DNA of 64,000 nt from a virus. This document shows positions 1-11,513 of the stretch, piece after piece; position 1 is the first letter of the stretch, and each line of letters starts with the position of its first letter. The stretch covers positions 1-64,000 of IMG/VR virus record IMGVR_UViG_3300021475_000001. One strand, written 5' to 3'. Under the pieces are notes generated by a model. That model saw only the letters and a list, made by a program, of their open reading frames with translations. It did no database searches and had not been told where the DNA came from. The position numbers and the translations under genes are program-made.

Positions 1-1
1 G

Positions 2-880
2 ACACTTGGGGATTTGATCAAGTCACTAAAGCTTGACCCCTCAATGACCAAGATGACGCCGGAAGTCCAGCAACAATTGGCGTCGGAACTCTACCGTCAG
101 CGTGGGTTCAACATGACGTGGGTCAATCCTGAAACCCGCGCAGGGAGAACACAAGCAGAATTTGAGCGGTTAAGACAAGCAGGCCAACTTTATAGTACCG
201 GTGGTGGTGCCTTACCCCCAGGTGACCAAACTCTGGTCAAGCAGTTACAGAGTGGCGTTCGAAACAAGCCGCTTGCCGAAGAATTGACCAAGCAACTGGC
301 TTACGCTGCAAAACAGGTTGGTGTGATCGCCGAGGTCGTTTCCGGCGGTCAGCCGGAAAGCGGCCCAAATCGTGTTGGCAGTCACCGTCACGATTTGGGT
401 CGTTCCGCCGATCTTAAACTACGTGACCCAAAGACTGGGCTTATACTGTCTATGAACAACCCGGAAGACCGGGCGCGTATGGAACAGTTTGTGCGCGAGT
501 CTGTCCATGCTGGTGCTACGGGTGTAGGTGCTGGTGTGGGTTATATGGGTCCGGAAACGATGCATATCGGTGGTGGTACTCCGGCTACTTGGGGAGGTGC
601 ATCGTGGATCAGGAGTGCTTGGGAGAAAGGTCGTGAGTTGGCGCGCACCGCCCCGATACGAGCGCAGCAAATGGAGGAAACAGTAAAGAAGGATAATCAG
701 ACTGGTCAGCGTGCGGCGGCTAACACTAATGAGAAACCACAACAGGTGGTTGATAACAGTGTCCATAATGTGAACATTCACGGTGTCACAAATCCGCATG
801 GTGTTCCGGCAGCATTGGAGCGGTTAGGTGACAGAAACACTGCCTACGGGCAGCGTAACGGAAGGACGATGGTCACATGA
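2..880 (+). CDS. C-terminal part of tape measure / tail-associated peptidoglycan hydrolase (5'-truncated by the window)
   Basis: Frame is open from the window edge. 'TL..LIKSLKL...MTPEVQQQLA' resembles the end of a lysozyme-like domain. 'SHRHDLGRSAD...TMHIG' matches the peptidase M15/LAS motif. Lies directly upstream of baseplate genes. Confidence 0.65.
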   Translation, partial: TLGDLIKSLKLDPSMTKMTPEVQQQLASELYRQRGFNMTWVNPETRAGRTQAEFERLRQAGQLYSTGGGALPPGDQTLVKQLQSGVRNKPLAEELTKQLAYAAKQVGVIAEVVSGGQPESGPNRVGSHRHDLGRSADLKLRDPKTGLILSMNNPEDRARMEQFVRESVHAGATGVGAGVGYMGPETMHIGGGTPATWGGASWIRSAWEKGRELARTAPIRAQQMEETVKKDNQTGQRAAANTNEKPQQVVDNSVHNVNIHGVTNPHGVPAALERLGDRNTAYGQRNGRTMVT

Positions 881-2364
881 GTGGCACAGATGGTAGCAAT
901 CTAGTCCCAGGTGGCGGAGCGGACCTTAGTAAGTTCAAGACACAAGGTACTGAACTGCAAACGTCTGATCAAGCCACAGCCAACAACTATGAGTATTTCC
1001 AGTCGAGTGACTTAAGCAAGCCATCAACTGAGAAGGAGAGTTGGCGTTCGCTGTCGGATAATATGGAGCCGTCACAAGGTTCCGGTTCTGGCCAAATTGA
1101 TCAAAAGTCACCAGACAAGAATGACGCACAGTGGCTGCGCGCGTTTAGTCTTATTGTATACTCACATAGTGTGACAAGTGGTGGGTCGGTTCCTATACCG
1201 CGACCGGCAAGCTTTGATCCAAACGCACCACCGCCAAAACCAAAATTTGGCAATGTGATTCCATTTCGTCGTACACCGCGTGGTGATCCGGTCGATCCAG
1301 TTACCGGAAACCCGATAACCCCTGATGATAGTGGCAATGCAGATTTTGGTGGCGGTAGCGATACACAGCAACCTGGTATCGACATCTCGAACCTGCGATG
1401 CAGTTTTAGTATTCAGAAGATTGTACTTAATACACCAAACATGCTTTACGCGCGTATCTACAATCTCGCCCCAGCAACACTGGCTAAAGTTATAGCGTTT
1501 ACCAGGGTGCAGGTTTACGCGGGTTACAAACATGCCAATTATGGGATGATCTTTGATGGTGAGGTGATACAGTACCGACGTGGTAAAGAGAACCCGGTGG
1601 ACACGTATCTGGAGATACATGCCGCTGATGGTGAGACAGCTTTAAACGGTACTGTGCAGTTTAAAACCTATCCGGCAGGAACAAAAGAACGACAGAAGCT
1701 GGACGATCTTAACGACAAGAAGAAGCAACTCGATCCGAGTTTTAAGGTTGAGCATATCGACGAGAATTTATACCAGGCTCAGTCACAACGTGATTCTGTT
1801 GTTGTGGGTCACTCACGTACTATTGAACGGCGAATTATGCTGGCTTCTGGGGCGCAGCATTTTCTAGATAACGGTAAATTTATTGCGATTACAAACGAAG
1901 GCTACCGCAAGACTGAAAAGGTGATTTTGTCACCGAGTACCGGATTGATTGGTTTGCCTGAAGTAACCCCGCAGGGTATTCAGGCGAAGTGTTTGTTGAA
2001 CCCGAAATTAATGCTGGGCGGTATTGTAAAGATTGACAGTAAACTCTTGTCCGCTGTGGCTTACACTCCTGGCAGTACATCAAAGGTCGATGCCAGCGGC
2101 AATGTTGTTGGCGGCGAGACTGGTGGTAAGGTATTTAATACTAACATGTGGCGACAGCAATTTGAGGCTGCGTATACGTCACCTATTGGTGAATATAAGA
2201 TACTTCTGATGACATACACGGGTGATACAAGAGGGAACCCTTGGTATTGTGATCTTATCTGTATTGCGATGGATAGTGACGGTAAGGCGATTCTTGGTAA
2301 TAACACATCCAATGCCTGGATGCGTGCATCACAACAAGCAAAAGAGGGTACTTTGGCAAAATAG
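877..2364 (+). CDS. Baseplate hub protein
   Basis: 'IYNLAPAT..','AGY...YGMIFDGEV','IHAADG','SPSTGLIGLPEVTPQGI..KCLLNP','GDTRGNPWY' are typical of myovirus hub proteins; synteny agrees. Confidence 0.8.
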   Translation: MSGTDGSNLVPGGGADLSKFKTQGTELQTSDQATANNYEYFQSSDLSKPSTEKESWRSLSDNMEPSQGSGSGQIDQKSPDKNDAQWLRAFSLIVYSHSVTSGGSVPIPRPASFDPNAPPPKPKFGNVIPFRRTPRGDPVDPVTGNPITPDDSGNADFGGGSDTQQPGIDISNLRCSFSIQKIVLNTPNMLYARIYNLAPATLAKVIAFTRVQVYAGYKHANYGMIFDGEVIQYRRGKENPVDTYLEIHAADGETALNGTVQFKTYPAGTKERQKLDDLNDKKKQLDPSFKVEHIDENLYQAQSQRDSVVVGHSRTIERRIMLASGAQHFLDNGKFIAITNEGYRKTEKVILSPSTGLIGLPEVTPQGIQAKCLLNPKLMLGGIVKIDSKLLSAVAYTPGSTSKVDASGNVVGGETGGKVFNTNMWRQQFEAAYTSPIGEYKILLMTYTGDTRGNPWYCDLICIAMDSDGKAILGNNTSNAWMRASQQAKEGTLAK

Positions 2365-2377
2365 GAGGACTTGACTG

Positions 2378-3265
2378 GTGTCTGGTGGTGGCGGCGATTT
2401 TGGTGGCGGTGGTGACTTTGGCGGCAGCCCCGGAAGTGACTTTGGCGGCGGCGGTGATAATTTTGGCGGCGGTAGTGACACTCCCGGAAAAAGTAATGCG
2501 CAGCAGGGTACCAGTGCGCTTGAGTTTGGGAACTGGACCCCAGCATTCTTTATGCCCGCGCGTCGGTCAATTGGCGGTATTGTGGCACAAGTGACAATTG
2601 ACGAGCAGGCCAGTGATGACATTCAGATTACCGAGCATCCTGTTGAACAGGGAGCGCCGATAGCGGACCACGCATTTAAACGCCCATCGGTGGTGACTAT
2701 TCGCGCTGGTTGGACCCGACAATACGCTCGTGACCTAAGTGCAGAGAGTGGTGTTTATGGTTTGTTATTATCGTGGCAGGCTGCGTTGTTGCCGTTTGAT
2801 GTATCAACCGGCAAGCGTCACTACACCAATATGCTGATCGAACGGTTACAAGTTACCACTGATAATCACAGTGAGTTTGCGCTGATGGCGACGATCACCT
2901 GCCGTCAGGTGATCATTGTCAGTACCTCGACAACCACAGCAACGACATCATCGCCTAGTGACGGTTCTCAAGCGGACCCTTCTAAGACTGGAGGTGAGAA
3001 AAGTAGTGGTGATAAACCGGCGACACAAACTGGTACAGTATCACCTGATGCGGTTGATCCGGTGACCGGCAACCCACTCAATCCCTATACTGGACCACCA
3101 CTCGACCCAGTTACTGGTAATCCGATAACCAGTATTGATGGTCCAATGGACCCGGTTACCGGAAATCCGACTGCCAACGCTGTTAATACGAATATGGCAC
3201 AAAACGGTGCCGCGCCACCAAATAGTCCGCCGGTCGATCCAATCACATTTGAGAATCCGATCTGA
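2378..3265 (+). CDS. Dit-like baseplate protein with Gly-rich N-terminus and Pro/Thr-rich C-terminus
   Basis: 'ITEHPVEQGAPIADHAFKRP','TGKRHYTNMLI' core; RBS AGGAGG before the GTG start. Confidence 0.75.
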   Translation: MSGGGGDFGGGGDFGGSPGSDFGGGGDNFGGGSDTPGKSNAQQGTSALEFGNWTPAFFMPARRSIGGIVAQVTIDEQASDDIQITEHPVEQGAPIADHAFKRPSVVTIRAGWTRQYARDLSAESGVYGLLLSWQAALLPFDVSTGKRHYTNMLIERLQVTTDNHSEFALMATITCRQVIIVSTSTTTATTSSPSDGSQADPSKTGGEKSSGDKPATQTGTVSPDAVDPVTGNPLNPYTGPPLDPVTGNPITSIDGPMDPVTGNPTANAVNTNMAQNGAAPPNSPPVDPITFENPI

Positions 3266-3594
3266 TGCCTACTATTTGGGAAATCCCTCTGTCACCACGC
3301 ACACAGAAGATGCGTGTCGATATTAGTGGTACTGTTTATACACTACACTTAAAATTTAACAGTGTCTGCAACACCTGGATTATGGATGTTAACGACAGCA
3401 ACGATTTTCCGGTATTGGAGGGTGTTCCGTTGGTCACTGGTAGTGACTTGTTTGGGCAATTTCGCTATCTGGGGATTGGCGGTGGGGTGCCAGTGATTGT
3501 GATGACTATCGGGCCGGGACGATCCCCCGATGAGATACCAAACTACGTGAACTTAGGTATTGATGGTCGTGTCTTCTTCAAGACATTGGTGTGA
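3265..3594 (+). CDS. Baseplate plug-family protein
   Basis: 109 aa; 'WIMDV.D....VL.GVPLVTG.DL..QF.YLGIGG'; sits between Dit-like gene and spike. Confidence 0.7.
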   Translation: MPTIWEIPLSPRTQKMRVDISGTVYTLHLKFNSVCNTWIMDVNDSNDFPVLEGVPLVTGSDLFGQFRYLGIGGGVPVIVMTIGPGRSPDEIPNYVNLGIDGRVFFKTLV

Positions 3595-6500
3595 CAATGG
3601 CTAGTGGCGGTACATTCGACCAGACTGAGCGGTTCTTCGATGCCGACGAATTATCGTACCAGCAACAGGGTGCGATGCGGGCAGATATGCATACTGCTTA
3701 CCCGGCTACGATTGACGAGCATCAGCCCAAAACTAATTCGGTGGCGGCGACACCCGCTGTCCAACTGAATGTGTTGGACCCGAAGTCCGGCAAAATGACG
3801 TGGACGACGATCCCGAGTGCCGGACACATGCCGCTGTTGATGCTTGGTGGTGGTGGAATGGCGATTACCATTCCGGTAGTTAAAGGTGATGAGGGACTGG
3901 TAATCTATTCGAGCCGCAATATTGATAACTGGTGGATGAAGGGTGGTCCGCAGCCGCAGTGGGACGCGCGGATGCACGATCTGAGTGATGGCTTTGTCAT
4001 TCCTGGCTTTCGGTCAACACCAAACATGCTGACAGATGTCAGTACCACAACCTGGCAGTTGCGCACAACTAAACCCGCTTCTCAAGGTGGTAGTCACCTC
4101 GAATTTAATCCTGCACATGGTCCCGCTGCACGGGCCGCTGGTCAACTACCGTCACTGACGATGACGATTGAGAGTGCGATCAGGATCAATTCGTTTGCTG
4201 GGAGTATTCTTCATGCAGCGGGTATACCGCTCCCCGATCCTTCTATAATCAATACCATTGGCAGTATCGTTCATGCTGCTGGTCACCTGCCAACAACACC
4301 CGCCGCCTTTGGGCAGATTATTCACACAGCACTGAATGATATCGCTCACTCAAGTCAACTCGGCAATATTTTGCATACAGCGGCAGCGACAATCGGACTT
4401 AAGGTAGGAAGCTCGACAGAAATCGCCAGTCGCGAGCCGTTTTTTCAGGCTGGTGTCTCGATCAATCTCAATTCACCCATCGTGCAGGTTTCAGCCGATT
4501 TAAAGGCTTATGGCAAAATCGACGCGAGTCTTGGTTTTTTTATCAACGGCGTACCAATTGGTGGCGGAGGTGGCGGAGGTGGCGGTGGCGGTAGTTCAAA
4601 TACTCCTGGTCCTGTGCCACCAACTACACCAGCAATTGGTGACTTTTGGTGGGACACGGTCGGGGGCCAACTCTATGTTTGGTACTCTGATCAGGATTCA
4701 TCACAGTGGGTTGCAGCGACCAACCAGACGGGTCCGATAGGACCAAAAGGCGATACCGGACCACCCAACGGCAATACGATCTGGAGTGGTACTGGAACAC
4801 CTGCGAATACCCTTGGGCAGAATGGTGACTTCTATATCAATACGACGACGCACGTCATCTACGGACCCAAGGCGGGTGGTGTATGGCCAAGTACCGGTAC
4901 TTCACTGATTGGTCCACCAGGGCCGCAGGGTATACAAGGTGCAACCGGACCCGCCGGACCCGCTTCGACAGTTCCAGGGCCAGCGGGACCAACTGGTCCT
5001 CCCGGTCCGCAAGGACCAGGTGGTTTTGAAGGTCCACCTGGTCCACAGGGACCGACTGGTGCTGCTAGTACAGTACCAGGACCACCTGGCGCGACAGGCG
5101 CGACTGGTGCAACAGGACCGATTGGACCCGCCTCGACAGTGCCGGGACCGCAGGGACCGCAGGGTGCAACTGGCGCGACCGGGCCGCAGGGACCGACCGG
5201 GACGACGGGCGCGGTTGGTCCGGGTGTTCCATCTGGTGGCACGTCTGGACAAGTTTTAGCAAAGATAGACGCCACCAATTACAACACGCAGTGGACGAAC
5301 CCGAGTGGTGGTGGGGCGAGTGTCACGATAAGTGATACTGCTCCCGCTTTGCCCGTAGTGGGGAATTTGTGGTGGAACTCCAGTCCTGGTGATGGACAAC
5401 TTTATATCTACTACACTGACCCAAATACCTCGCAGTGGGTCATCACCAATAATACCGGTGTAGGACCAATTGGGGCTACCGGACCAGCGGGTCCGACCGG
5501 ACCAGCCGGACCAGCCGGCAGCTATCAAGCTGGTTCAGGCATCGCCATCAACACCGGTACGACACCGCCGACGATCAGTACGGCGGTACCTTACCTTCCG
5601 CTGACGGCTGGCCCTACGGTTCCGCTTACCGGTAATCTGACGCTCTCCCCCGCTTCAGGCTATTCCGTACTGGCTCTGCGGACCACTGCGGGGAACCGTA
5701 ACGTGATTTACGGTTATATGGGGGCAAACGCCCGTTGGGAGATTGACTTAGGGACTGGGGGTACAGAAAGCGGTAGTAATGTTGCCAGCGATTTTGGCAT
5801 CGCTCGTTACAACGATGCGGGAACTTATATTGATTTCCCGCTGATGATCCAGCGTTCTTCAGGGGCGGTGACGGTTAGCGGTAACCTTTGGGCGAACGGA
5901 ACGACCTATATCGGCACCAGTGGATTGCTTTATTTCTACGACGCTCTCAGCGGCACGGTAGGAGTGAACGCTTCGACGGGGCTGCGGCTGAGCGGTACCG
6001 TCATCTATTTCGGCAACGCCACAGGTGGTCCTAACGGCGCGGGTGGCCCGATGGTCTACGCCGATGGCAACACGATGGTCTTCAAGCAGGGCACCCCCGG
6101 AACCAATGGCTACTGGTTTCAAAACTACGCCGGGGGAAATGTCGCGACGATAGCCAACAACGGCACCATCGCTTCAACATATGGTTATAACGCGCGATCC
6201 GGCACGCCCGGTCCCAACCAAGGAAACGTCTTTAATATCGATTGGAACGGCGGGGCACATCTGTGGATCGATAATGTCAACCAGGGCGTCATCTCAGTCA
6301 CCTGTGACTACCGGGTCAAGGATAACGTTGTTGAGCTTGCTTCGACCTGGGATGCGGTCAAAACGCTGCGACCCATTTCGTACACCATCAAGGGGCATGA
6401 GGATTTCCCTCATTATGAATCTGATCCCGCTGAGCGATGGGGGTTTCTTGCGCATGAGTTACAGGACTCGTTGCTGCCGACCGCCGCGACCGGGTACAAG

Positions 6501-6617
6501 GATGCGCCAAACCTCGTACAGTCACCCGATCTCTTGGCGTTGGTTGCATCGTTGACCCGCGCGCTGCAAGAGGCGATGGCACGGATCGAGGCGTTAGAGG
6601 CTCGCTATGCCGCTTGA
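3591..6617 (+). CDS. Gp138-family baseplate spike fused to collagen repeats, a fibre region and a C-terminal peptidase S74 chaperone
   Basis: N-terminal '[30 protein letters not shown]...[12 protein letters not shown]'; G-X-Y repeats; C-terminal '[32 protein letters not shown]'. Confidence 0.8.
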   Translation: MTMASGGTFDQTERFFDADELSYQQQGAMRADMHTAYPATIDEHQPKTNSVAATPAVQLNVLDPKSGKMTWTTIPSAGHMPLLMLGGGGMAITIPVVKGDEGLVIYSSRNIDNWWMKGGPQPQWDARMHDLSDGFVIPGFRSTPNMLTDVSTTTWQLRTTKPASQGGSHLEFNPAHGPAARAAGQLPSLTMTIESAIRINSFAGSILHAAGIPLPDPSIINTIGSIVHAAGHLPTTPAAFGQIIHTALNDIAHSSQLGNILHTAAATIGLKVGSSTEIASREPFFQAGVSINLNSPIVQVSADLKAYGKIDASLGFFINGVPIGGGGGGGGGGGSSNTPGPVPPTTPAIGDFWWDTVGGQLYVWYSDQDSSQWVAATNQTGPIGPKGDTGPPNGNTIWSGTGTPANTLGQNGDFYINTTTHVIYGPKAGGVWPSTGTSLIGPPGPQGIQGATGPAGPASTVPGPAGPTGPPGPQGPGGFEGPPGPQGPTGAASTVPGPPGATGATGATGPIGPASTVPGPQGPQGATGATGPQGPTGTTGAVGPGVPSGGTSGQVLAKIDATNYNTQWTNPSGGGASVTISDTAPALPVVGNLWWNSSPGDGQLYIYYTDPNTSQWVITNNTGVGPIGATGPAGPTGPAGPAGSYQAGSGIAINTGTTPPTISTAVPYLPLTAGPTVPLTGNLTLSPASGYSVLALRTTAGNRNVIYGYMGANARWEIDLGTGGTESGSNVASDFGIARYNDAGTYIDFPLMIQRSSGAVTVSGNLWANGTTYIGTSGLLYFYDALSGTVGVNASTGLRLSGTVIYFGNATGGPNGAGGPMVYADGNTMVFKQGTPGTNGYWFQNYAGGNVATIANNGTIASTYGYNARSGTPGPNQGNVFNIDWNGGAHLWIDNVNQGVISVTCDYRVKDNVVELASTWDAVKTLRPISYTIKGHEDFPHYESDPAERWGFLAHELQDSLLPTAATGYKDAPNLVQSPDLLALVASLTRALQEAMARIEALEARYAA

Positions 6618-8940
6618 CTTTCCCAACAGCCCGACCCCCGGTCAAATCTTCACCAGTACCGGTGTTAGCTGGGTGTGGAACGGTACGACGTGGACGATGG
6701 GAAGCGGAGCCGGGTTCCTACCACTGACTGGCGGAACACTCTCGGGTCCGGGTAATTTGACAGTCAATGGGGCGATGGCGGTTAGCGGTGCCGGTATCAA
6801 ATACGGCGCGGCTGACACCTTCGCCTTTGTTTGGACCGGGTCGGTAACAAATCTTTGGGTCAACGGGACCAATACTGGCCCGCTTGCAGTTGGTAACTTC
6901 TTGCCGCTCTCGGGTGGCACTACCAGTGGCAACATAACAATTGCCCCCGCCAGCGGCTGGGCTGCGCTGGCTTTGAGCGCTTCCACAGGGAACCGCAACC
7001 AAGTCCTGGGATATATCGGCGGAAAAGCTCGTTGGGAAATCGACCTTGGGAATGCGGCTGCGGAAAGCACCGGAAACGCCGGGAGCGATTTCGGCATCGC
7101 GCGCTACAACGACGCGGGTGTCGGTATTGATTATCCACTGACGATTGTCCGTGCCACAGGCACGGTGACGGTCACCGGCCCGCTGACGCTGACTAGCGGT
7201 ACTAACACAACGATCAATTTCATCAACACGGTGCCGTCAAATACGGCAGGCGGTTTGTGGCGCGCCACCGTTGGGGCGGGTGGTAACTGGAACCTTCAAT
7301 CCAACACCGCAGTGGCGGGTGACTTTTCGACAAGCCAGCAGGCGGTCCAGACGACGCCCCTTGGCGCTGTGGCTATTGGCACTGCCGGGATGCCGTCAGA
7401 CGCGGTCGTAGGCACACTCATGTCGGCTTATCTAGTCACGTCAGGTGCCAGTGCGCTTTATAACAATGTCTACAATGCTACAGGTGGCGGTAAACTTTTG
7501 ACCAATGCCGCCGCGACCGCGTTCAATATGGGAAGCGGCGTGTTCTATTTTTACAACGCTCCCGCAGCGGCGGCGGGATCGGTCCCGGCGTGGAAGCAGC
7601 TAGCCTTTTTAGATGGAAATGGTAACTTAAGCACCACTGGCGCAATCGTATCAGGCAGCGGAGTCACGCTAGGCCAAGGCGGCGATCTTTTCTTAAGTCG
7701 TACTGACAATCCAGCAGGTTGGATCATCCGGCCAAATACCGCTGGATTGAAAAATCTCAACCTCGCGACGACAGGTGGCAATACTCTCGATACTGTCAGT
7801 ATAATTGCCGCTACAACGATTACCTCTGGTAACATCGTGATTCCCAATCAGACGTGGTTTCAGGGTAAGGATACCGCTGGTAATGGTGCAAACCTGCTAA
7901 CGATGTGGAGTGACAACAACTGTTATCTCTCCGAGGCAAGCCGTCCGTTGCACTGTCGCGGCTCGACCATTTCGATGGAAGGTGCAACCACTTTCAACAC
8001 AAGAGCCACTTTCAGTGACGGTTTCAATCTCTATGGAGGTACATTTTACAACGGTTACAGCAATGGCTGGCTCTATTTTAATGGCAGCCTTCGTGTTGTA
8101 AATTTTTATTCCGAAAACGATGTCAACTGTGCGGGTTCGCTCATCGTCAACGGGATGTATTGGCAGAACAATGGCGGGTGGATGTACTCCCCCAATGCGG
8201 TTCTATCCAACGGTGACGTTGCTGCGCAAGGCGTTCTCAGAGCCGGTGGTACGGGTGGTCCCTATTGGCAGAACAGCGGCGGTTGGATGTACACGCCGCA
8301 AAATCTTCTGACCGGCGGCGTCATCGCGGTTAGCGGTAATACCGGTGTCTTTTGGCAGTACAACAGTGGCTGTATGTACACGCCGAACAACCTCATTGTC
8401 GCTGGCGGTGTTGTCTATTACAGCAGTGATACTAGTTACTATATCCAGGCGTATGCCGGATATTTGTACACGCCAAAGGTTGTCCTAAATAACGGCATCC
8501 TTCCCAATTCAAACAACGCTGTAAGCGACGGCCTCACTGGCAATGCCTATGGTCAGGTGGCCGCGTACTGGTTCAACAACCCGTCATCGCGTGTCGAGAA
8601 GACCGATATCGCGACACTGCCGAATGGGGCGCTCGACAAGGTGATGGCACTCTCACCGCGCGTCTTTCACTGGAAAGAGGTGACTGACCCTGACGGCGTA
8701 CCTGTCTCCCCACAGGTTGTCCGCATTAGGGCCAAACTGCACAGCGGATTTGTTGCCGATGAGGTCGCCGCTACGCTGGGCGAAGATTTTGGCGGCTATG
8801 ACCGGGACGAAGAGGGTCGCGAGGGTATCTCTTACAACGAGCTAACCGCCGTGTTGTGGAAAGCCTGTCAGGAACTTTCTGCTAGTAACATGGCGCTGGC
8901 GGCGCGTGTTGAGGCACTAGAGGCTCGCTATGGCACTTAA
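6607..8940 (+). CDS. Tail fibre / receptor-binding protein with S74 chaperone domain
   Basis: '[10 protein letters not shown]' N-terminus, 'FLPLTGGT' fibre motif, C-terminal '[31 protein letters not shown]'. Confidence 0.85.
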   Translation: MPLDFPNSPTPGQIFTSTGVSWVWNGTTWTMGSGAGFLPLTGGTLSGPGNLTVNGAMAVSGAGIKYGAADTFAFVWTGSVTNLWVNGTNTGPLAVGNFLPLSGGTTSGNITIAPASGWAALALSASTGNRNQVLGYIGGKARWEIDLGNAAAESTGNAGSDFGIARYNDAGVGIDYPLTIVRATGTVTVTGPLTLTSGTNTTINFINTVPSNTAGGLWRATVGAGGNWNLQSNTAVAGDFSTSQQAVQTTPLGAVAIGTAGMPSDAVVGTLMSAYLVTSGASALYNNVYNATGGGKLLTNAAATAFNMGSGVFYFYNAPAAAAGSVPAWKQLAFLDGNGNLSTTGAIVSGSGVTLGQGGDLFLSRTDNPAGWIIRPNTAGLKNLNLATTGGNTLDTVSIIAATTITSGNIVIPNQTWFQGKDTAGNGANLLTMWSDNNCYLSEASRPLHCRGSTISMEGATTFNTRATFSDGFNLYGGTFYNGYSNGWLYFNGSLRVVNFYSENDVNCAGSLIVNGMYWQNNGGWMYSPNAVLSNGDVAAQGVLRAGGTGGPYWQNSGGWMYTPQNLLTGGVIAVSGNTGVFWQYNSGCMYTPNNLIVAGGVVYYSSDTSYYIQAYAGYLYTPKVVLNNGILPNSNNAVSDGLTGNAYGQVAAYWFNNPSSRVEKTDIATLPNGALDKVMALSPRVFHWKEVTDPDGVPVSPQVVRIRAKLHSGFVADEVAATLGEDFGGYDRDEEGREGISYNELTAVLWKACQELSASNMALAARVEALEARYGT

Positions 8941-10699
8941 CTTCCCAAACAGTCCGACCAACGGTCAGATGTTTAGTGACCCTACCGCAGGTGACACCTG
9001 GAAATGGGATGGCTCGAAGTGGGAAGCTTACTCCACTCCGGGTGCCTACACAGGACCGCCCGGTCCACAGGGTCCAGTGGGACCGCCCGGCCCACAGGGT
9101 CCACAAGGTGCGACCACCTACCAAGTCGGTCCCGGTCTTCGCATTGACACTACCACCACGCCGCAGACTATGGATGTTGTGACACCCTATCTGGCTTTAA
9201 CCGGCGGGCAGATGTCGGGGCAAATAAGCACACGTTCGTCAACGGGAGGAATTGCACAACCAAACCCAACAACGGGACTTATGGTCTACGGCGCGGGAGG
9301 CGCAGGTGATGCCGCATATATGGTGCTTCACCGACCCGGTTACTTTGCAGTGGCGTTTGGCCTCGATACCGACAACCAGCTTGCCTACGGTGGTTGGAGT
9401 CTAGGTTCCGGGCGACGTGTTCTTTGGGATACAAACAACTTTAACCCAGGCTCGTATCTACCACTCAGCGGCGGTTCCATATCTGGTGGCTTAACGACCA
9501 GTGGAGGTATTGTATCTAACGGCGGACAAATTGTTATCTATAACAGTAACACTGTTGGGTTCCACGTCCAGAATGCCAACGGTTCTTGGGTCAGAATGTA
9601 CGATGACGGTTCTCCTCACATTGAGGTTAGTGGTGGTACTCCGCTCTACATCAACTACAATACCGGCGCGCAGCTTTACACCGCCTCGATCAACTGCGCC
9701 GACTTCTTCTCGCGCGGTAACGTCAATACCAATGGAAATTACTGGTGCGGTGGCCAATACCTTTACTTGAGCGGTTCCGGCGGTGGCAATGTCAACGGCG
9801 CTGGTGGTCCGTTGATCTATGCTGACGGTAACTATTTTGTTCTCAAAATGGGGGGCAACAACTCCGGTTTTGCCTTCCGCCAGTACAACGCCACAACGCT
9901 TTTCACTATCGACGGCGGCGGGAACGCTGTCGCTCAAGGTTCTGTCCGTTCGGTCGGTGGCAACGCCATACTGCAATTTGATGATCGCACGGGCGGGTTC
10001 ACCTGGGGCTGGTACGGGTCCAGTAGCGCGGCGCGTCTCTGGTCGAGCGCTGATGGTGACCGGGTTACTATCGACCGGAGCGGCACTATTTATACTACCG
10101 GCGAAGTGCGCGGTGATCACAGTCTTGCTACAGTAGGCTATATCTGGATCAACGGTGTTCAGTGGTCGAACAATGGCGGGTGGATGTACACCCCCAACCC
10201 GCTTCTATCTAATAGTGACGTTGCCGCGCAAGGCGTTCTCAGAGCCGGTGGTACAGGCGGTCCCTATTGGCAGAGTCTGTCCGGTTATATGTATTGCAAC
10301 CACACTTTGCTGTGTGAGGGTATCCTTCCAAACAGCGACAATGCCGTGTCCTCCGGTCTTACCGGAAATGCTTGGGGACAATGTGCGGCTTACTGGTTTA
10401 ACAACCCTTCGTCACGTTCCGAAAAGGATGACATTGTACCTCTGTCATCTGGCGCGCTCGACCAAGTGTTAGCTTTGCGTCCAGTCACTTTTCTTTGGAA
10501 GCGTGGTGAGAACCGAAAACGACACAGCGGTTTTATCGCTGATGAGGTAGCCGCCGTCATGGGCGAGGATTTTGGCGGATACGAGAAAGACGAGAAGGGT
10601 CGCGAGGGAATTGCTTATCACGAACTAACCGCCGTGTTATGGAAGGCTTGCCAAGAAATGGCGGAACGCATAGCGAATCTGGAGGCACGTTTAGCATGA
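8930..10699 (+). CDS. Tail fibre / receptor-binding protein with short collagen segment and S74 chaperone domain
   Basis: Paralogous to 6607-8940 at both termini ('[10 protein letters not shown]', '[15 protein letters not shown]'). Confidence 0.85.
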   Translation: MALNFPNSPTNGQMFSDPTAGDTWKWDGSKWEAYSTPGAYTGPPGPQGPVGPPGPQGPQGATTYQVGPGLRIDTTTTPQTMDVVTPYLALTGGQMSGQISTRSSTGGIAQPNPTTGLMVYGAGGAGDAAYMVLHRPGYFAVAFGLDTDNQLAYGGWSLGSGRRVLWDTNNFNPGSYLPLSGGSISGGLTTSGGIVSNGGQIVIYNSNTVGFHVQNANGSWVRMYDDGSPHIEVSGGTPLYINYNTGAQLYTASINCADFFSRGNVNTNGNYWCGGQYLYLSGSGGGNVNGAGGPLIYADGNYFVLKMGGNNSGFAFRQYNATTLFTIDGGGNAVAQGSVRSVGGNAILQFDDRTGGFTWGWYGSSSAARLWSSADGDRVTIDRSGTIYTTGEVRGDHSLATVGYIWINGVQWSNNGGWMYTPNPLLSNSDVAAQGVLRAGGTGGPYWQSLSGYMYCNHTLLCEGILPNSDNAVSSGLTGNAWGQCAAYWFNNPSSRSEKDDIVPLSSGALDQVLALRPVTFLWKRGENRKRHSGFIADEVAAVMGEDFGGYEKDEKGREGIAYHELTAVLWKACQEMAERIANLEARLA

Positions 10700-11280
10700 C
10701 CGACTATACCGATGTCCCAGCCGTTACCACGCTGCATGGCGAAGCGGAGCGGACCCAACAAGCCCTCGACATGCTCGCCGCTGGCGGCACAATGTCGATG
10801 TTTATGATCGCGCCACCGGCACCCACTACTCCCGGAGCGCCGATCGCGATGATGGCGGTACAAATTCAAGTGACTGATCCAATTTCGCCGGAAATGATAA
10901 CCGCGCTCAACGATTGGCTGAACACTCGGATGACCAATATTGTCGCTGATCTTGCGACCTATGGTGTTGGTCCGCCGCCACCGCCGATCACCGATCCGCC
11001 GGTCAATACTGCGGCTCCGGTCGTGACTCAAGACGGTTCCAACCTGACAAGTACGACGGGTACCTGGGACAATGCGCCGTCTTCTTACAGCTACCAATGG
11101 GCTAGGGACGATGGGACGCTGATTGGTGGCAACTTTATGAATTACGCAATCATGTTGGCCGATGTTGGTACGACCGTCACCTGTACGGTAACCGCGACAA
11201 ACAATTTCGGATCGACCCAAGGCCCGCCTTCAAACGGCGTGGTCGTTACTACACCACCAGCAAGGAGTGTAAGACCATGA
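10696..11280 (+). CDS. Fibre-associated protein with C-terminal Ig-like module
   Basis: ATGA overlap with the upstream fibre stop; 'PPVNTAAPVVT..TTGTW..YSYQW..DVG.TVTCTVTATN' module; N-terminal half resembles 17642-18016. Confidence 0.6.
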   Translation: MTDYTDVPAVTTLHGEAERTQQALDMLAAGGTMSMFMIAPPAPTTPGAPIAMMAVQIQVTDPISPEMITALNDWLNTRMTNIVADLATYGVGPPPPPITDPPVNTAAPVVTQDGSNLTSTTGTWDNAPSSYSYQWARDDGTLIGGNFMNYAIMLADVGTTVTCTVTATNNFGSTQGPPSNGVVVTTPPARSVRP

Positions 11281-11513
11281 ACGGACAGAATCAGACCCAG
11301 CAAGCAATTGATCCCACCACACGATTCGTAGTAACGTTGCAGGCACAGGAGTGGAACGCTGTTCTTGCTTGCATGGCAAAGGCCACTTATGAAATGGCTG
11401 CGCCACTTATTCAGGGGATCAGTCAGCAATTACACAACCAAGCCGGTGGCGACGCTACTACAAACGCCAACGGACTGGACACCGGGCAACCACTTTCTGT
11501 GCCACCGAACTAA
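11277..11513 (+). CDS. Small tail-associated hypothetical protein
   Basis: Translationally coupled on both sides within the tail operon. Confidence 0.55.
   Translation: MNGQNQTQQAIDPTTRFVVTLQAQEWNAVLACMAKATYEMAAPLIQGISQQLHNQAGGDATTNANGLDTGQPLSVPPN

Noticed and set aside
4910-5230. Nucleotide repeat array
   Set aside because: Explained by collagen G-X-Y codons; the same applies near 9050-9110 and 18330-18455.
8166-10274. Diversity-generating retroelement TR/VR pair in the fibres
   Set aside because: Differences are not adenine-specific, both copies lie inside fibre ORFs, and there is no reverse transcriptase in the window.
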